A stretch of 32,000 nt of DNA from Candidatus Saccharimonadota bacterium (GCA_016699955.1 CP064993.1:930001-962000), one strand, 5' to 3'; positions 14,974 to 28,350 are shown, counted from the first letter of the stretch. Notes: a model not told the origin generated them from the letters alone. Program-made: numbers and translations.

Positions 14974-15059
14974 TGGTGCGGACGAGAGGACTTGAACCTC
15001 CACCCCTTGCAGGACTACCACCTCAAAGTAGCGCGTCTACCATTCCGCCACGTCCGCCC
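14974..15059 (-). tRNA. tRNA-Leu (anticodon GAG), long variable arm, CCA encoded
   Basis: Reverse complement GGGCGGACGTGGCGGAATGGTAGACGCGCTACTTTGAGGTGGTAGTCCTGCAAGGGGTGGAGGTTCAAGTCCTCTCGTCCGCACCA. Anticodon stem CTACT/GGTAG, loop TTGAGGT. Confidence 0.9.
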
Positions 15060-15160
15060 AAAGTGACACAGCCTACATGGTATCTATTTTTGAGCGAAAA
15101 CTCAAGTAGTAAATATTCGGTCAGACGTGCGCCGAGCCTTCATATGCCCGGTAATCCAGT

Positions 15161-16798
15161 TTAACTCCGGGGCATGTGTTTGTAGAGAGAATCAAGTGAA
15201 TAATTTGTTCGCAAAGCCGAGCGACTGTCTTCACCAGTCATGTTGATTTTGACACCGGGGTTCAAAATGGAAAACGGGTCAAATATTTGTTTAATTTTCT
15301 TAAATAATTCATAAGCTTCAGCGCCGTACATTTTTTCTACGTATCGCTCGCGCAAGCGACCATCGTTGTGCTGTCCGGTTGTTGAACCACCCAGCCGAAT
15401 AACAAGATCGTAGTATTGATCCATTAGTTTGAACGCTTTTTGCCTGTCACCTAGCTGGCTCAAGTCTAGAAACGGCTGGACGTGCAGATTGCCATCACCC
15501 ATGTGGCCCCAAATGGCTACATCGAGCTTGAGAGCGCCAAACAGGGCGTATATTTCGGCAACAAATTCGGCAGTTTTACTGATGGGCACAACGCCGTCTT
15601 CTATGAGGGGAATCGATTTGTTCTGACCTTCACTATGCGACAGTAAGCTTGCCGAGGCATGTCGTATTTTCCATAATTCAGCTTGAGCGGCAGGCTGGCT
15701 TTCTTCGCGAAAGGTTTGTGCGTGTTTTTCAAAAATGTTACGGATTTTTTTGACATTCTTTTTTCTTCGACGGTCGTTTGGGTTATCGAGCTCAACAATC
15801 AAAACACCGGCTGGAACGACGCTTGGTATGACAGTCTTTAACTGGTTGGGGTTGAGCTGATTGACTATTTGCAGCAGCTTACCATCCACAAATTCTATTG
15901 CACTAGGGGTATCGGACAAATCTCGTAATTCTTGGGCTGCATCTGCTACTGCTTGTATGCTTTCAAAAAAAGCGGCAAATACAATGTTTTCGGGGTTATG
16001 GGGTTCAGTTTCGCAGGTAATTTCCGTCACAATACCGAGTGTGCCTTGAGACCCGACAAACAGAGGTGTCAGGTCAAAACTGCCATCTTTGCGCTTAATA
16101 TCAAACAGGTTATAGCCAGAGTTATTCTTACTAGTATTTCGTACGGTTTTTTGGATTAAGTCGCGGTTTTCTTCCATAATCGTGTCAAGGGAGCGGTATA
16201 CCTCACCTTCAAATGTGGTGAGCCCAAGTTTTTTACTTAGTTCTCGTCGAGTAATGCGCCCTGTCTCAATAACTTCGCCATTAGCCAGAACGACGCGTAG
16301 TGACTTGACATAATCACGTGTAACACCGTATTTAACAGATTTTTCTCCAGCGGCGTTGTTGCCTACGGCTCCCCCAATGGTACTGTATTCGATACTGGCG
16401 GGGTACGGTGGTAAAAAGCGTTCGTGAGTTTGCAGTGTTTGTTGAAGCCGACCGTAGTTGAGCCCTGGCTCTACCACCACAATACCGGTTTTTTGATCAA
16501 GCGAAACGATACGATTCATGTGAGCAGGAAAAACGACCATAATGCCGCTGCCGAGTGCGCCGCCAGTGACATCGGTGCCCCAGCCACGTGGCGTTATCGG
16601 TATAATGCGTCCTCGTTCGGCTAGTTGCCAGGCAAAACGTGTTGTTTTACGAACATCTTGCTCGTTCCTGGGGTAAACAATTATGCTTGGCGCAACACTA
16701 AAAACACTGCAGTCTGTCGAAAAATAACGCCGTGCATCGATGCTGGTCATTACTTCACCGAGTAAATGCTCTTGCAAGTAGTGTGCGACTTTACTCAT
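15161..16798 (-). CDS. FAD-linked oxidase / dehydrogenase (GlcD / D-lactate dehydrogenase family)
   Basis: FAD-binding region PRGWGTDVTGGA and the C-terminal family tail KQIFDPFSILNPGV; 545 aa. Confidence 0.85.
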   Translation of the reverse strand: MSKVAHYLQEHLLGEVMTSIDARRYFSTDCSVFSVAPSIIVYPRNEQDVRKTTRFAWQLAERGRIIPITPRGWGTDVTGGALGSGIMVVFPAHMNRIVSLDQKTGIVVVEPGLNYGRLQQTLQTHERFLPPYPASIEYSTIGGAVGNNAAGEKSVKYGVTRDYVKSLRVVLANGEVIETGRITRRELSKKLGLTTFEGEVYRSLDTIMEENRDLIQKTVRNTSKNNSGYNLFDIKRKDGSFDLTPLFVGSQGTLGIVTEITCETEPHNPENIVFAAFFESIQAVADAAQELRDLSDTPSAIEFVDGKLLQIVNQLNPNQLKTVIPSVVPAGVLIVELDNPNDRRRKKNVKKIRNIFEKHAQTFREESQPAAQAELWKIRHASASLLSHSEGQNKSIPLIEDGVVPISKTAEFVAEIYALFGALKLDVAIWGHMGDGNLHVQPFLDLSQLGDRQKAFKLMDQYYDLVIRLGGSTTGQHNDGRLRERYVEKMYGAEAYELFKKIKQIFDPFSILNPGVKINMTGEDSRSALRTNYSLDSLYKHMPRS

Positions 16799-16920
16799 GG
16801 CTCCCGACTAACTCCTTATGTTTCTTCGTTTTATCATAGCATAAACAGTTTGGCATTTCATAGCATTGCCTAAACTTGAAATACTACTACAAAGCAGTTA
16901 TCCTACCTTTGGCAGTACAT

Positions 16921-17006
16921 GCGGATGTGGCGGAATGGTAGACGCGCTAGTTTCAGGTACTAGTGGGGGCAACTCCATGGAGGTTCAAGTCCTCTCATCC
17001 GCACCA
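16921..17006 (+). tRNA. tRNA-Leu (anticodon CAG), long variable arm, CCA encoded
   Basis: GCGGATGTGGCGGAATGGTAGACGCGCTAGTTTCAGGTACTAGTGGGGGCAACTCCATGGAGGTTCAAGTCCTCTCATCCGCACCA. Anticodon stem CTAGT/ACTAG, loop TTCAGGT. Confidence 0.9.
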
Positions 17007-17171
17007 AATTTTAAATATCAAGTTTTGGCTTGGTATTATAAATTTGGCATTAATGTGCATGAATCGATACGCGCGTGGAGGTGAGGAGTGGAAGTCTTCA
17101 CTCCTCAGGGACGGAGACAGATTTGAAGCTATGCTTCAAATCTGTCGAGTTGGGGTAGCCGAAAAGGTGAC

Positions 17172-17193
17172 CAAGTCCTCTCATCCGCACCAA
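17172..17193 (+). repeat. 22-nt direct repeat of the tRNA-Leu(CAG) 3' end (identical to 16986..17007)
   Basis: caagtcctctcatccgcaccaa occurs at both positions. The second copy lacks the T-loop/T-stem and a matching 5' acceptor strand. Confidence 0.9.
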
Positions 17194-17240
17194 TGTAAAA
17201 ACATAAGTATAACGTTTTCCAAACTTACAAATACTGTATA

Positions 17241-17264
17241 GTTTGGAAAGCATTCTTTCCAAAC
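17241..17264. terminator. perfect 10-bp hairpin GTTTGGAAAG-catt-CTTTCCAAAC between the tRNA-Leu region and the convergent SBP gene
   Basis: Read directly. A third copy of the arm (TTTTCCAAACT at 17215..17225) allows an alternative pairing. U-rich tracts are weak on both sides. Confidence 0.45.
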
Positions 17265-17345
17265 ATATATCATTTTTATACAATCCAAGCCCCTGTCAGC
17301 GGTTTGACTTAAATTTGATCCACCCTGTGGAGCTTTCTAGTTTGA

Positions 17346-19136
17346 TTACTTGGGGAGATATCCGGTTTTGACTGCCCACTCAGTTACTGAGTAGTAGCGG
17401 TCGGCGTCAGTGTTTATGGTGTGTTCCACCAGGCCATTTACCTGACCGCGCGTCAGGTATAGAGCAACCGGTTGGTATAGCCCAATCGCCGGTGTGTCTT
17501 CTTGCCATGCCTTCAAAAAAGGTTTGTATTTTTGCGCGCGCACGAGTGGGTCTTGACGCGTTCTTCCGCCTTCAAGCGCTGCGTCAGCAACAGCCGATTT
17601 ATATTCAGAGAAATTTAATCTGTTATTACTGCGCGGGTCAGCCTGGGTACTGCTCCAGTAAGCGTATACATCGGGATCGGGGCCAATGGATATACGGTAT
17701 AGTAAAGCAGCGTATGAATGTGTTTCTACAGAACTTTGGAAATCCGACCTTGGTAAGAGTTGCACCTGTATGTCGGCGCCAATGCCCTTCCAGAGCCCCT
17801 TCACCTGCTTTAAGAGGGTTTGATTATCAGGCGTATCTTCGCCAATCACAACAAAACTCAGCGGCTGATTATTTTTGCTACGGACGCCATTTTTCCCTTG
17901 AACCCATCCCGCTTTCTCAAGAAGACTAATAGCTAGAGCGGGGTCATACTGTGTCTGCGCGTACTCTTTGGCATAGCCAAGCTGCCCAATCAGTAGCGGT
18001 GCGTTAACAGGGCGTAGGCCACCGCCTAGCTCCTCAATAAGTGCCTGCCTATCGGTCGCCAGTGCCAACGCCTTGCGTACCGTAGCGTCCGCCAGCAAAC
18101 CCTCACTTGTTCTAAAAAATAGCATCGTCGCCGCGGTGGTAGTAAATTTACTTAAATAGACTGATGTATCATTTTTTAGGGCTTCAGGAACATTTTTTAC
18201 ACCGGCAATAGCTTCGATAGAACGTTTTTTATATGCCGCCACAAGCTGATCTTCTTCGTCGTAAACATGCAGAACAAACCCGTCTAGCTTTGGAGCACCA
18301 GCATTGTAATTCTGAAAAGCCTTCAATGAAATCAGCGTTGTTGCATCGCCTGTGCCTGCGCCGCTACCTAGCTGGAGATTGTCCCACATAAACGGACCCG
18401 CGCCAACAGGGGTAGTTGTGTTGAAGCTGTCAGAGCGAAGCTGAAAAACAGGCACGTCTCCGAGTATATGAAACGGCACAATACCCGTTGTCAGACTATG
18501 CGGAAAGGCAGTTAATGCACTTGGCAAGGTAAACACAACAGTATTAGGGTTGGAGGCGGCAACCACTATACCCTGCCAGCTGCTAAGCAACGGCGACCGT
18601 GTGTCTGGATTTTGTATAAGCTGGTATGTAAAAACAACATCTTTTGCTGTAATCGCCGTACCGTCATGCCATGTTAGTCCAGGTTTCAAAGTCAGTGTGT
18701 ACTGTCGACCCGAGGCATCTACCGTATAGCCGGTTGCTAAATCGCCAACGAGTTCGTTGTTGACGCCATATTTCAACAGCCCCGCAAAAAGCAGCCGCGA
18801 AACACTGGTGTCGACGGGTCCTGTTGCATAAATAGGATTTGCATTACTATAGGTACCTAGCATCCCTTCATTAAACTTACCCCCTGCCACTGGCCCTGGG
18901 TGCAAATAATAGCTGTTCAGCTGTACGGTTTGTAAGGCGGTTACGGTTGCCAGTGAAACAACCAGCAGCAGCCAACCTAAAACAAATCGCTTCACATCCA
19001 GTAATCGTTCCAGACGATCTATAAAGTTGGAGTCAAAACTTGTCTCAGCGCGTGATGTGACTGATTCGACTTGCTTTTGGCGATTACGAAGCGACCGTCG
19101 AAGCCGAAGTTTTGTCGCACGATTTATAACATTCAT
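17346..19136 (-). CDS. family-5 ABC-type substrate-binding protein (peptide/nickel type), membrane-anchored; no adjacent permease or ATPase
   Basis: LKPGLTWHDGTAITAKDVVFTYQLIQNP and overall SBP_bac_5-like layout. N-terminal basic segment plus one TM; 596 aa. Confidence 0.8.
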   Translation of the reverse strand: MNVINRATKLRLRRSLRNRQKQVESVTSRAETSFDSNFIDRLERLLDVKRFVLGWLLLVVSLATVTALQTVQLNSYYLHPGPVAGGKFNEGMLGTYSNANPIYATGPVDTSVSRLLFAGLLKYGVNNELVGDLATGYTVDASGRQYTLTLKPGLTWHDGTAITAKDVVFTYQLIQNPDTRSPLLSSWQGIVVAASNPNTVVFTLPSALTAFPHSLTTGIVPFHILGDVPVFQLRSDSFNTTTPVGAGPFMWDNLQLGSGAGTGDATTLISLKAFQNYNAGAPKLDGFVLHVYDEEDQLVAAYKKRSIEAIAGVKNVPEALKNDTSVYLSKFTTTAATMLFFRTSEGLLADATVRKALALATDRQALIEELGGGLRPVNAPLLIGQLGYAKEYAQTQYDPALAISLLEKAGWVQGKNGVRSKNNQPLSFVVIGEDTPDNQTLLKQVKGLWKGIGADIQVQLLPRSDFQSSVETHSYAALLYRISIGPDPDVYAYWSSTQADPRSNNRLNFSEYKSAVADAALEGGRTRQDPLVRAQKYKPFLKAWQEDTPAIGLYQPVALYLTRGQVNGLVEHTINTDADRYYSVTEWAVKTGYLPK

Positions 19137-19162
19137 TGCTGATTTTTTCCCACCAGTGGCAC

Positions 19163-19381
19163 TTAGCCGATAAGAATACCCAGTAGTATCGCTAGCACAA
19201 ACACGAGCGCCGACACTATGGTCAACTGATAAATTGTTTTGTCAGTGCCCCGCCGTTCGGTGTTTACTTCGCCGCTGCTGCCAATACCTGCACCTAGGGA
19301 AGCTCCCCTAGTTTGAACCAGTATTAGAAGCGTCATTAGCAGCATGGCACCCATGGCTATGTAGTTGTATATGCTCATCAT
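19163..19381 (-). CDS. secG: preprotein translocase subunit SecG
   Basis: 72 aa, two TM segments with LLILVQTRGASLGAGIGSSG between them, the typical SecG loop. Confidence 0.75.
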   Translation of the reverse strand: MMSIYNYIAMGAMLLMTLLILVQTRGASLGAGIGSSGEVNTERRGTDKTIYQLTIVSALVFVLAILLGILIG

Positions 19382-19434
19382 GCCCTGTAGTATAGCAAAT
19401 TCTACGGCGACACGAAATAATTGGATTAAATCGA

Positions 19435-19821
19435 TTACGTTGAGGGCTTATCTAAAATCGCGGATACAAGGTAATTAATTAGTCCAATAATAACTCCCGT
19501 CAAAATAGCAACCCCGAAACTATCAATCTGGAGTGGGGAGTACAGTTTACTAGCCAGGTAGACCGTTGCACCGTTTATAACCAACATAAACAGCCCTAGG
19601 GTTAGCAAAATAGCAGGAAGGCTTAGTAGCACCAGCAACGGTTTAAGAAAGGCGTTTATAAGTGCCAGAAGTGCCCCCGCTCCCACGACAACACTGATTC
19701 GGTTCTGATAGTTGACTGACCCCTGAAGCAACCCAGCGGCAACCCACAGTCCCAAGCTGCAAACAAACCACCGGAGCATATAGGAGTACAGAAAGCCCTG
19801 TTTGTTGTTAATAGCGGTCAT
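19435..19821 (-). CDS. 4-TM membrane protein of the phage-holin-4_2 / YvlD (DUF360) family
   Basis: LINAFLKPLLVLLSLPAILLTLGLFMLVINGATVYLASKL matches the family core; 128 aa. Confidence 0.7.
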   Translation of the reverse strand: MTAINNKQGFLYSYMLRWFVCSLGLWVAAGLLQGSVNYQNRISVVVGAGALLALINAFLKPLLVLLSLPAILLTLGLFMLVINGATVYLASKLYSPLQIDSFGVAILTGVIIGLINYLVSAILDKPST

Positions 19822-19831
19822 GTATTAAACA

Positions 19832-21073
19832 TCATATAACGTAAGCGTCATACGAGCAATCACGGCTCAGGTTAGTGTGTCCCGATTCGGTTATCAAAAC
19901 GTCGTCCTCTAGGCGTACGCCAATGCCCTCCTCTGCGATGTAGATGCCCGGCTCGCACGTGAGAACCACACCGGCCGCAAGCGGTCTGTCGTAAAAACCG
20001 ACGTCATGAACATCAAGGCCAAGAAAATGTGACGTGGCGTGTGGAAAATAGTTCCGCATGCTCATGGTGTCTGTTGCATCAGAAATTAAACCTAGCTCTA
20101 CTAGAGCCGTCGCCATTTTTTGTCCAACTTTTTTTTCGTATTCCTGAAGCAGTACTCCAGGCTTTAAGAGGGTCAAGGCATACTGTTGCACATCCCGCAC
20201 AGCAGCCAGAACTGTCTGTTGACGATGAGTCGGCTGCTCACAGGCAACTGTGCGTGTAATATCGGCGGCGTACTCTTCAACCTCTGCGCCAACATCAACG
20301 ACAATTAGCTGTCCTGCTGCCAGCTGGGCGCTATTGGCAATATAGTGAAGAGTCGTTGCGTTTGAGCCGCTCGCTACAATTGGGTCATAGGCATGCCCCC
20401 TAGCGCCTTGTGCACGGAACGACTGTGACAGAGCTGCCTCAAACTCATACTCTGTAGCGAAGCCAGCCAGTACAGCGCTGCTGCGCATAGCATCTATCGC
20501 ACGAGTTGTTATGGCGACCGCCTGCGAGACGGCAGCAATTTCAGCCGGCTGTTTTATCATGCGCAGTTCAGCCAGATTAGGACGTATGTCTGCGAGTGCG
20601 ATTCCAGACTGAAGCCGACGTAAGCGGCCAATCAAACGGTTTCGTGCCGGGTTTACGTATACGCCATGGCGTCGGTCGTAAGAGGGCTCAGAAAACAGTG
20701 TCGAGACAACTTCATAGCGCTTTACGTCGGCCCTTAACTGCCGCCAACCCTCAGTGTTATCCAGCAGTTCGTGCAAGCCAGACCGCGCGGCAACGTGCTT
20801 TAAGTCAAAAGCGCCGTCAAAAATGTCCTGTTCACGGCTGCGCTTTGGAAGTATCAGATATTCCCTGTTGCCGGCCATAACCAGAACGGCATCGGGCATA
20901 TCGAGGCCTGTCAGGTACCAAAAGTTCTTATCCTGAGCAAAAGGAAACGTCGTGTCACGGCTGCGCTGTAAGATGCCGTGCGCACCAACAACACACAGAC
21001 CATCTTGCGACATGGATTCATACAAGCGTTTTCGATTACCCGCAAAAAAATTGTGCGTGAAATATGATTCCAT
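19832..21073 (-). CDS. pepP: Xaa-Pro aminopeptidase (M24B)
   Basis: VVDVGAEVEEYAADITRT, HATSHFLGLDVHD, LTCEPGIY and VRLEDDVLIT match the M24B metal-ligand blocks. Confidence 0.85.
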   Translation of the reverse strand: MESYFTHNFFAGNRKRLYESMSQDGLCVVGAHGILQRSRDTTFPFAQDKNFWYLTGLDMPDAVLVMAGNREYLILPKRSREQDIFDGAFDLKHVAARSGLHELLDNTEGWRQLRADVKRYEVVSTLFSEPSYDRRHGVYVNPARNRLIGRLRRLQSGIALADIRPNLAELRMIKQPAEIAAVSQAVAITTRAIDAMRSSAVLAGFATEYEFEAALSQSFRAQGARGHAYDPIVASGSNATTLHYIANSAQLAAGQLIVVDVGAEVEEYAADITRTVACEQPTHRQQTVLAAVRDVQQYALTLLKPGVLLQEYEKKVGQKMATALVELGLISDATDTMSMRNYFPHATSHFLGLDVHDVGFYDRPLAAGVVLTCEPGIYIAEEGIGVRLEDDVLITESGHTNLSRDCSYDAYVI

Positions 21074-21134
21074 AGTAGTCGAGTATACCAGATTTATTTT
21101 CGGCAGCTGCGGGCTTGTATGCTTCTAAAAATTC

Positions 21135-22388
21135 TTACCGAAGCCGTGTCAGTTTCCACAATAGGCTTGGGCCAGCAGCAGGAGAGGAAATAACGAGTGG
21201 CGTACTTGCCTGTTGCTGCCCAGCATGCGCGACTAAAGCCCCAATGGTTTGAGGCTCCAATGCAGTCGAGGTTTTTGCACTTTTACGGTACTCCACCGAT
21301 TGATTCTTCCAGCGCAGAAGCGATAAATTATCTTTTGCCGTAACAGTTGCCACACTGCCCCACGCCGTACGTACTGTACCAACTTTTTGGTTTTTTTGGA
21401 CGAATGTTGTTTGTTCAAAATTTTCATCAACACTACCTACCAAGTTTACAGATGCTTCCATGGCCGCTGACAGACTTTCAGCACCCATAACAGCGCCAGA
21501 AAGCTGCAGCGTCTTACCGGCAACAGCCAAGTCAGCGGTAAAAAGGAGTGCACCTGGATTTTGGTCGTTGTTACCAGTTTTTAGACCATTTATTCCAGCC
21601 CTTCCGAGAACGCGATTGTAGTTTTCATACTCGTCCCCAAACGGAAAAACGGCGGTTCGTTGCCCGGCAATTTCCATCAGAACATTGTTTTTTCTAGCAA
21701 GCAGACCAAGTTTAGCCAGATCGCTCGCCGTACTAACAGTAGACGGGTCGAGACCGCTGGCGTCGCTGCCAACTTGTGTTTGCACCAAGCCATGCCTCTC
21801 AAGATAGGAATTGGCATACGTGCTATATGCCTCATTGCTCCCAAAAGCCCATATGACCAATGTGTCGGCAATGTTGTTGGCAGATGGAATCATTAAAGCT
21901 TGAAGTGCTTGATATTCGCTCAGTTGCATGCCTTCTTGGACTGGCAAGCGAGACCCGTTTTGCTGAATCTGGTCGTTGTATAATGCAACGTCTCGGCTAG
22001 TAATCGCAATAAGCGGGCCTGATTCATGCAGCTGCAGCGGGGACTTTTCGAGTACACACAGAGCAGTGATGACTTTGGCTATACTCGCCGTTGCAAGCGG
22101 TTCGGTCGTTCCAGAAGTAGCGAGTACCCCAAATCCCCCAGCGCCAACGGCTGCTCGCAGCGAGTCAGGCCACAATAGCGACACCGGCTGAGGAGCCGGT
22201 ACAGCCGGCAACTCGAATGCAACTGCTGCCTCTGGCAGTGGGCGCATAAGTTGTACGCCTATGAATAAACCTAGTATGGCGAGCGTAAAAAAGATTCGTT
22301 TTTTTAGTCGACGGCGTGGCTGTTTGTTGACACTGTAGAATTCCGAGGTTTTTCTTGGAGGCTGGACTAATCTCATGCCTTTTATCAT
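21135..22388 (-). CDS. D-alanyl-D-alanine carboxypeptidase (S11 low-MW PBP)
   Basis: SxxK (ASIAKVIT), SxN (IPSANN) and KTG (LKTGNN) motifs in the correct order. N-terminal signal anchor. Confidence 0.85.
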   Translation of the reverse strand: MIKGMRLVQPPRKTSEFYSVNKQPRRRLKKRIFFTLAILGLFIGVQLMRPLPEAAVAFELPAVPAPQPVSLLWPDSLRAAVGAGGFGVLATSGTTEPLATASIAKVITALCVLEKSPLQLHESGPLIAITSRDVALYNDQIQQNGSRLPVQEGMQLSEYQALQALMIPSANNIADTLVIWAFGSNEAYSTYANSYLERHGLVQTQVGSDASGLDPSTVSTASDLAKLGLLARKNNVLMEIAGQRTAVFPFGDEYENYNRVLGRAGINGLKTGNNDQNPGALLFTADLAVAGKTLQLSGAVMGAESLSAAMEASVNLVGSVDENFEQTTFVQKNQKVGTVRTAWGSVATVTAKDNLSLLRWKNQSVEYRKSAKTSTALEPQTIGALVAHAGQQQASTPLVISSPAAGPSLLWKLTRLR

Positions 22389-22479
22389 ACCATCCGGCTA
22401 TTTTGCATCTCCAAACGTTTCGGTAATTGTTTCGACACCCACATATCGGCTATACTAGATATATGCAAGTGAGGCCAAA

Positions 22480-26084
<3,605 letters not shown>

Positions 26085-26088
<4 letters not shown>

Positions 26089-26783
26089 AAAAACGCACCA
26101 CTTTCTATTGTTTTTCACCGCCAGTAATGATGGCTACTTTTCTGATAGAAATTGGGCTAGCAGCTTGGACGCTGTGGCGATATAAACATACACGGCTAGT
26201 TAAACTTGTTGTGCTCATGCTGGTCTGTTTGGCTTTTTTTCAGCTGGCAGAATATAACATTTGCGAAAGTCTTTTCGGGTTGGCAGGGATCACTTGGGCA
26301 CGGCTAGGGTACGTTGCAATCACTGCCTTGCCAGCTTTAGGTATTCACATGGTAACCGTTTTGGCTGGTAAAAAAATGCCCTGGCTCGTCGCCGGATCAT
26401 ACGCCGCAATGGCTGTGTTTATGGCATATTTCCTTTTCTCAACTCAGGGTTTAACGGCCAGCACCTGCGGTGGAAACTATGTAATTTTCAAAACCGATAA
26501 CAAGGCAACCTCTTGGTATACGCTGTATTACTATGGGCTTGAGCTTGCTGCGCTTATTAGCGCCTGGTCGCTGGGACGCTCGACTAAAAATCCCAGAAAA
26601 AGACACGCACTCTACGGGGTCACGGCTGCATATCTTATGCTCATTTTGCCCGTCGCTACGGTAAACATCATCAACCCCGAGCTCATCCACGCCGTGCCGA
26701 GCATAATGTGCGGATTTGCCGTTTTCTTGGCACTCACTGTAACATTGTATGTTCTACCACGAAGTGCACAGATTAGACCTTGA
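26085..26783 (+). CDS. hypothetical polytopic membrane protein (~7 TM)
   Basis: 232 aa, hydrophobic throughout. Start overlaps the ITPase stop. No recognisable family. Confidence 0.6.
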
Positions 26784-27068
26784 CCATTTGCGGCATCAGG
26801 CTTACGCTTAGCAGTAGTTCGTGCGCTTCATTGCGGCGTTTGAAACAAACACCTTAAAAATAAAAGGATTTGTGCCGGCAGCGCGTGCCACAGTATACAT
26901 GCGCTGAGCGGTCGTCTCTCATATGACGCTTCACCCGCCGCAGGGTGGGCGCGCACGAAGCGAAAACAGGTCCCAAGGGGATCTGTTTTCGGGTCAAATC
27001 AACCCACCTTTCTAGCGACTTAACTTGGCAGAAACTTCAGGACGGTTATTGAAGCTACCCTGATATAG

Positions 27069-27542
27069 CTACTTTTTCTCAGCCTGAGAAGATGGAAAGC
27101 TCTGAATATATGCATAGGCACGCTTCCAGGGGAGCTCGGGAAAATATTCTGGTCCGCGCAGATAGTTGGAATGTTTCAGATACTCAGGAAGGCCCTCCTT
27201 GATAACAATCCGCTCATAACTCCATCCGGGGTATTTTACTTTCGCAAATTCCTCATTGACCCGCAGCAAATCTTTTTCTAGAGACCACCCATTAAAATCG
27301 AACGCCCATGTTCCGTTGCCCGCATACATATGATTGCCCGGGAATTGGTCAGTAGGCTTAATAAAAACGAGGTCAAAGCCTTCCCCAGGATGAAGCGAGA
27401 GGAACATATGAGCTAAGATGTGACAGGCGCCTGCCGCGAAGAAAGACGTATCATCACGCTGCCAAGACAAAAACACATCTTTCGCTTCCTCGGGTGATCG
27501 CATATATTTTAGCGCTGGTTCTAGTTGTACGGCATACTTCAT
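27069..27542 (-). CDS. hypothetical 157-aa protein with Gln/Cys/His/Asp spacing like a papain-fold enzyme
   Basis: WQ28..AGAC40HILAH..GNH71MY..AFD82FNG. No family recognised; see findings. Confidence 0.5.
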   Translation of the reverse strand: MKYAVQLEPALKYMRSPEEAKDVFLSWQRDDTSFFAAGACHILAHMFLSLHPGEGFDLVFIKPTDQFPGNHMYAGNGTWAFDFNGWSLEKDLLRVNEEFAKVKYPGWSYERIVIKEGLPEYLKHSNYLRGPEYFPELPWKRAYAYIQSFPSSQAEKK

Positions 27543-27627
27543 TGATCCTATTATAACTATTTATCAAAGAAGGAGTCAGAATGAAAATCTTAACGTGAGG
27601 ACGTTTGTCGAACCCATTGTAATGTAG

Positions 27628-28350
27628 CTAGTTATTTGATGTGTCGGAATGGTTAATCCAGTTGGAAATTGCCTTCTGATAGTCGGAGAATTTGTCCTTG
27701 GGGTTACGTGGATCACTGAGCGCATGCCAGAAGCCTTCGGCAAGATATGTATTTGCAGAAAATGTTTTGATAAATGCGTCAGTTGTTTCAGCCGGTACAT
27801 ATTCGTCATGCTCGTGAATCATAACAAAGGTTCGTCCAGCAAACCTAGAGGCTCGAGCCAGGAGTGGATGATTCATAAGAGCCTCAACATCTTTACGGAA
27901 AACGTTCCGAGTCCAGTCACGATCTATATCGCGCCAAGTGGTATAAAAATCAGAAGGTTTATATATAGCAGGCGCTCGGAGAATAAGATTTGCGAAGACC
28001 CGGTACTTTGTAAGCTGCGTTGCGAGGAACCCGCCGTAGCTAGTGCCCATGACAGTTATTTCGGCTTCTGGGTATTTCTCATGCAACCAATCAAATACGT
28101 AGATAACTTCAAGGAAGTGCTGCGCAGGACGAGTGTCCTCAAGCCTAAACGGACTTTCACCGTGACCGGAGTAATCAAAGACGAGAGCGCTCATTCCGGT
28201 TCCGGCAACGATACTGCTAACAAGATCTACTTGGTTTGATTTCTTGGCGCTGTAACCATTAAGACTTAGCAATATTTTGTCGGTACTACCGCCATCATAC
28301 CAATCGGCCGCAACAGCATACCCGGTGCAATCTATTTGTATTCCATTCAT
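27628..28350 (-). CDS. alpha/beta-fold hydrolase
   Basis: Nucleophile elbow VMGTSYGGF, oxyanion region FDYSGHGES, late H (HEHDEYV / FWHAL); 240 aa. Confidence 0.8.
   Translation of the reverse strand: MNGIQIDCTGYAVAADWYDGGSTDKILLSLNGYSAKKSNQVDLVSSIVAGTGMSALVFDYSGHGESPFRLEDTRPAQHFLEVIYVFDWLHEKYPEAEITVMGTSYGGFLATQLTKYRVFANLILRAPAIYKPSDFYTTWRDIDRDWTRNVFRKDVEALMNHPLLARASRFAGRTFVMIHEHDEYVPAETTDAFIKTFSANTYLAEGFWHALSDPRNPKDKFSDYQKAISNWINHSDTSNN

Noticed and set aside
17080-17196. A second, unusual tRNA (Leu- or Sec-like) ending in ..TCATCCGCACCA
   Set aside because: No T-loop (TTC replaced by ACC, and the T-stem is mismatched), no complementary 5' acceptor strand, and the 14-bp hairpin has a 3-nt loop that cannot be an anticodon arm.
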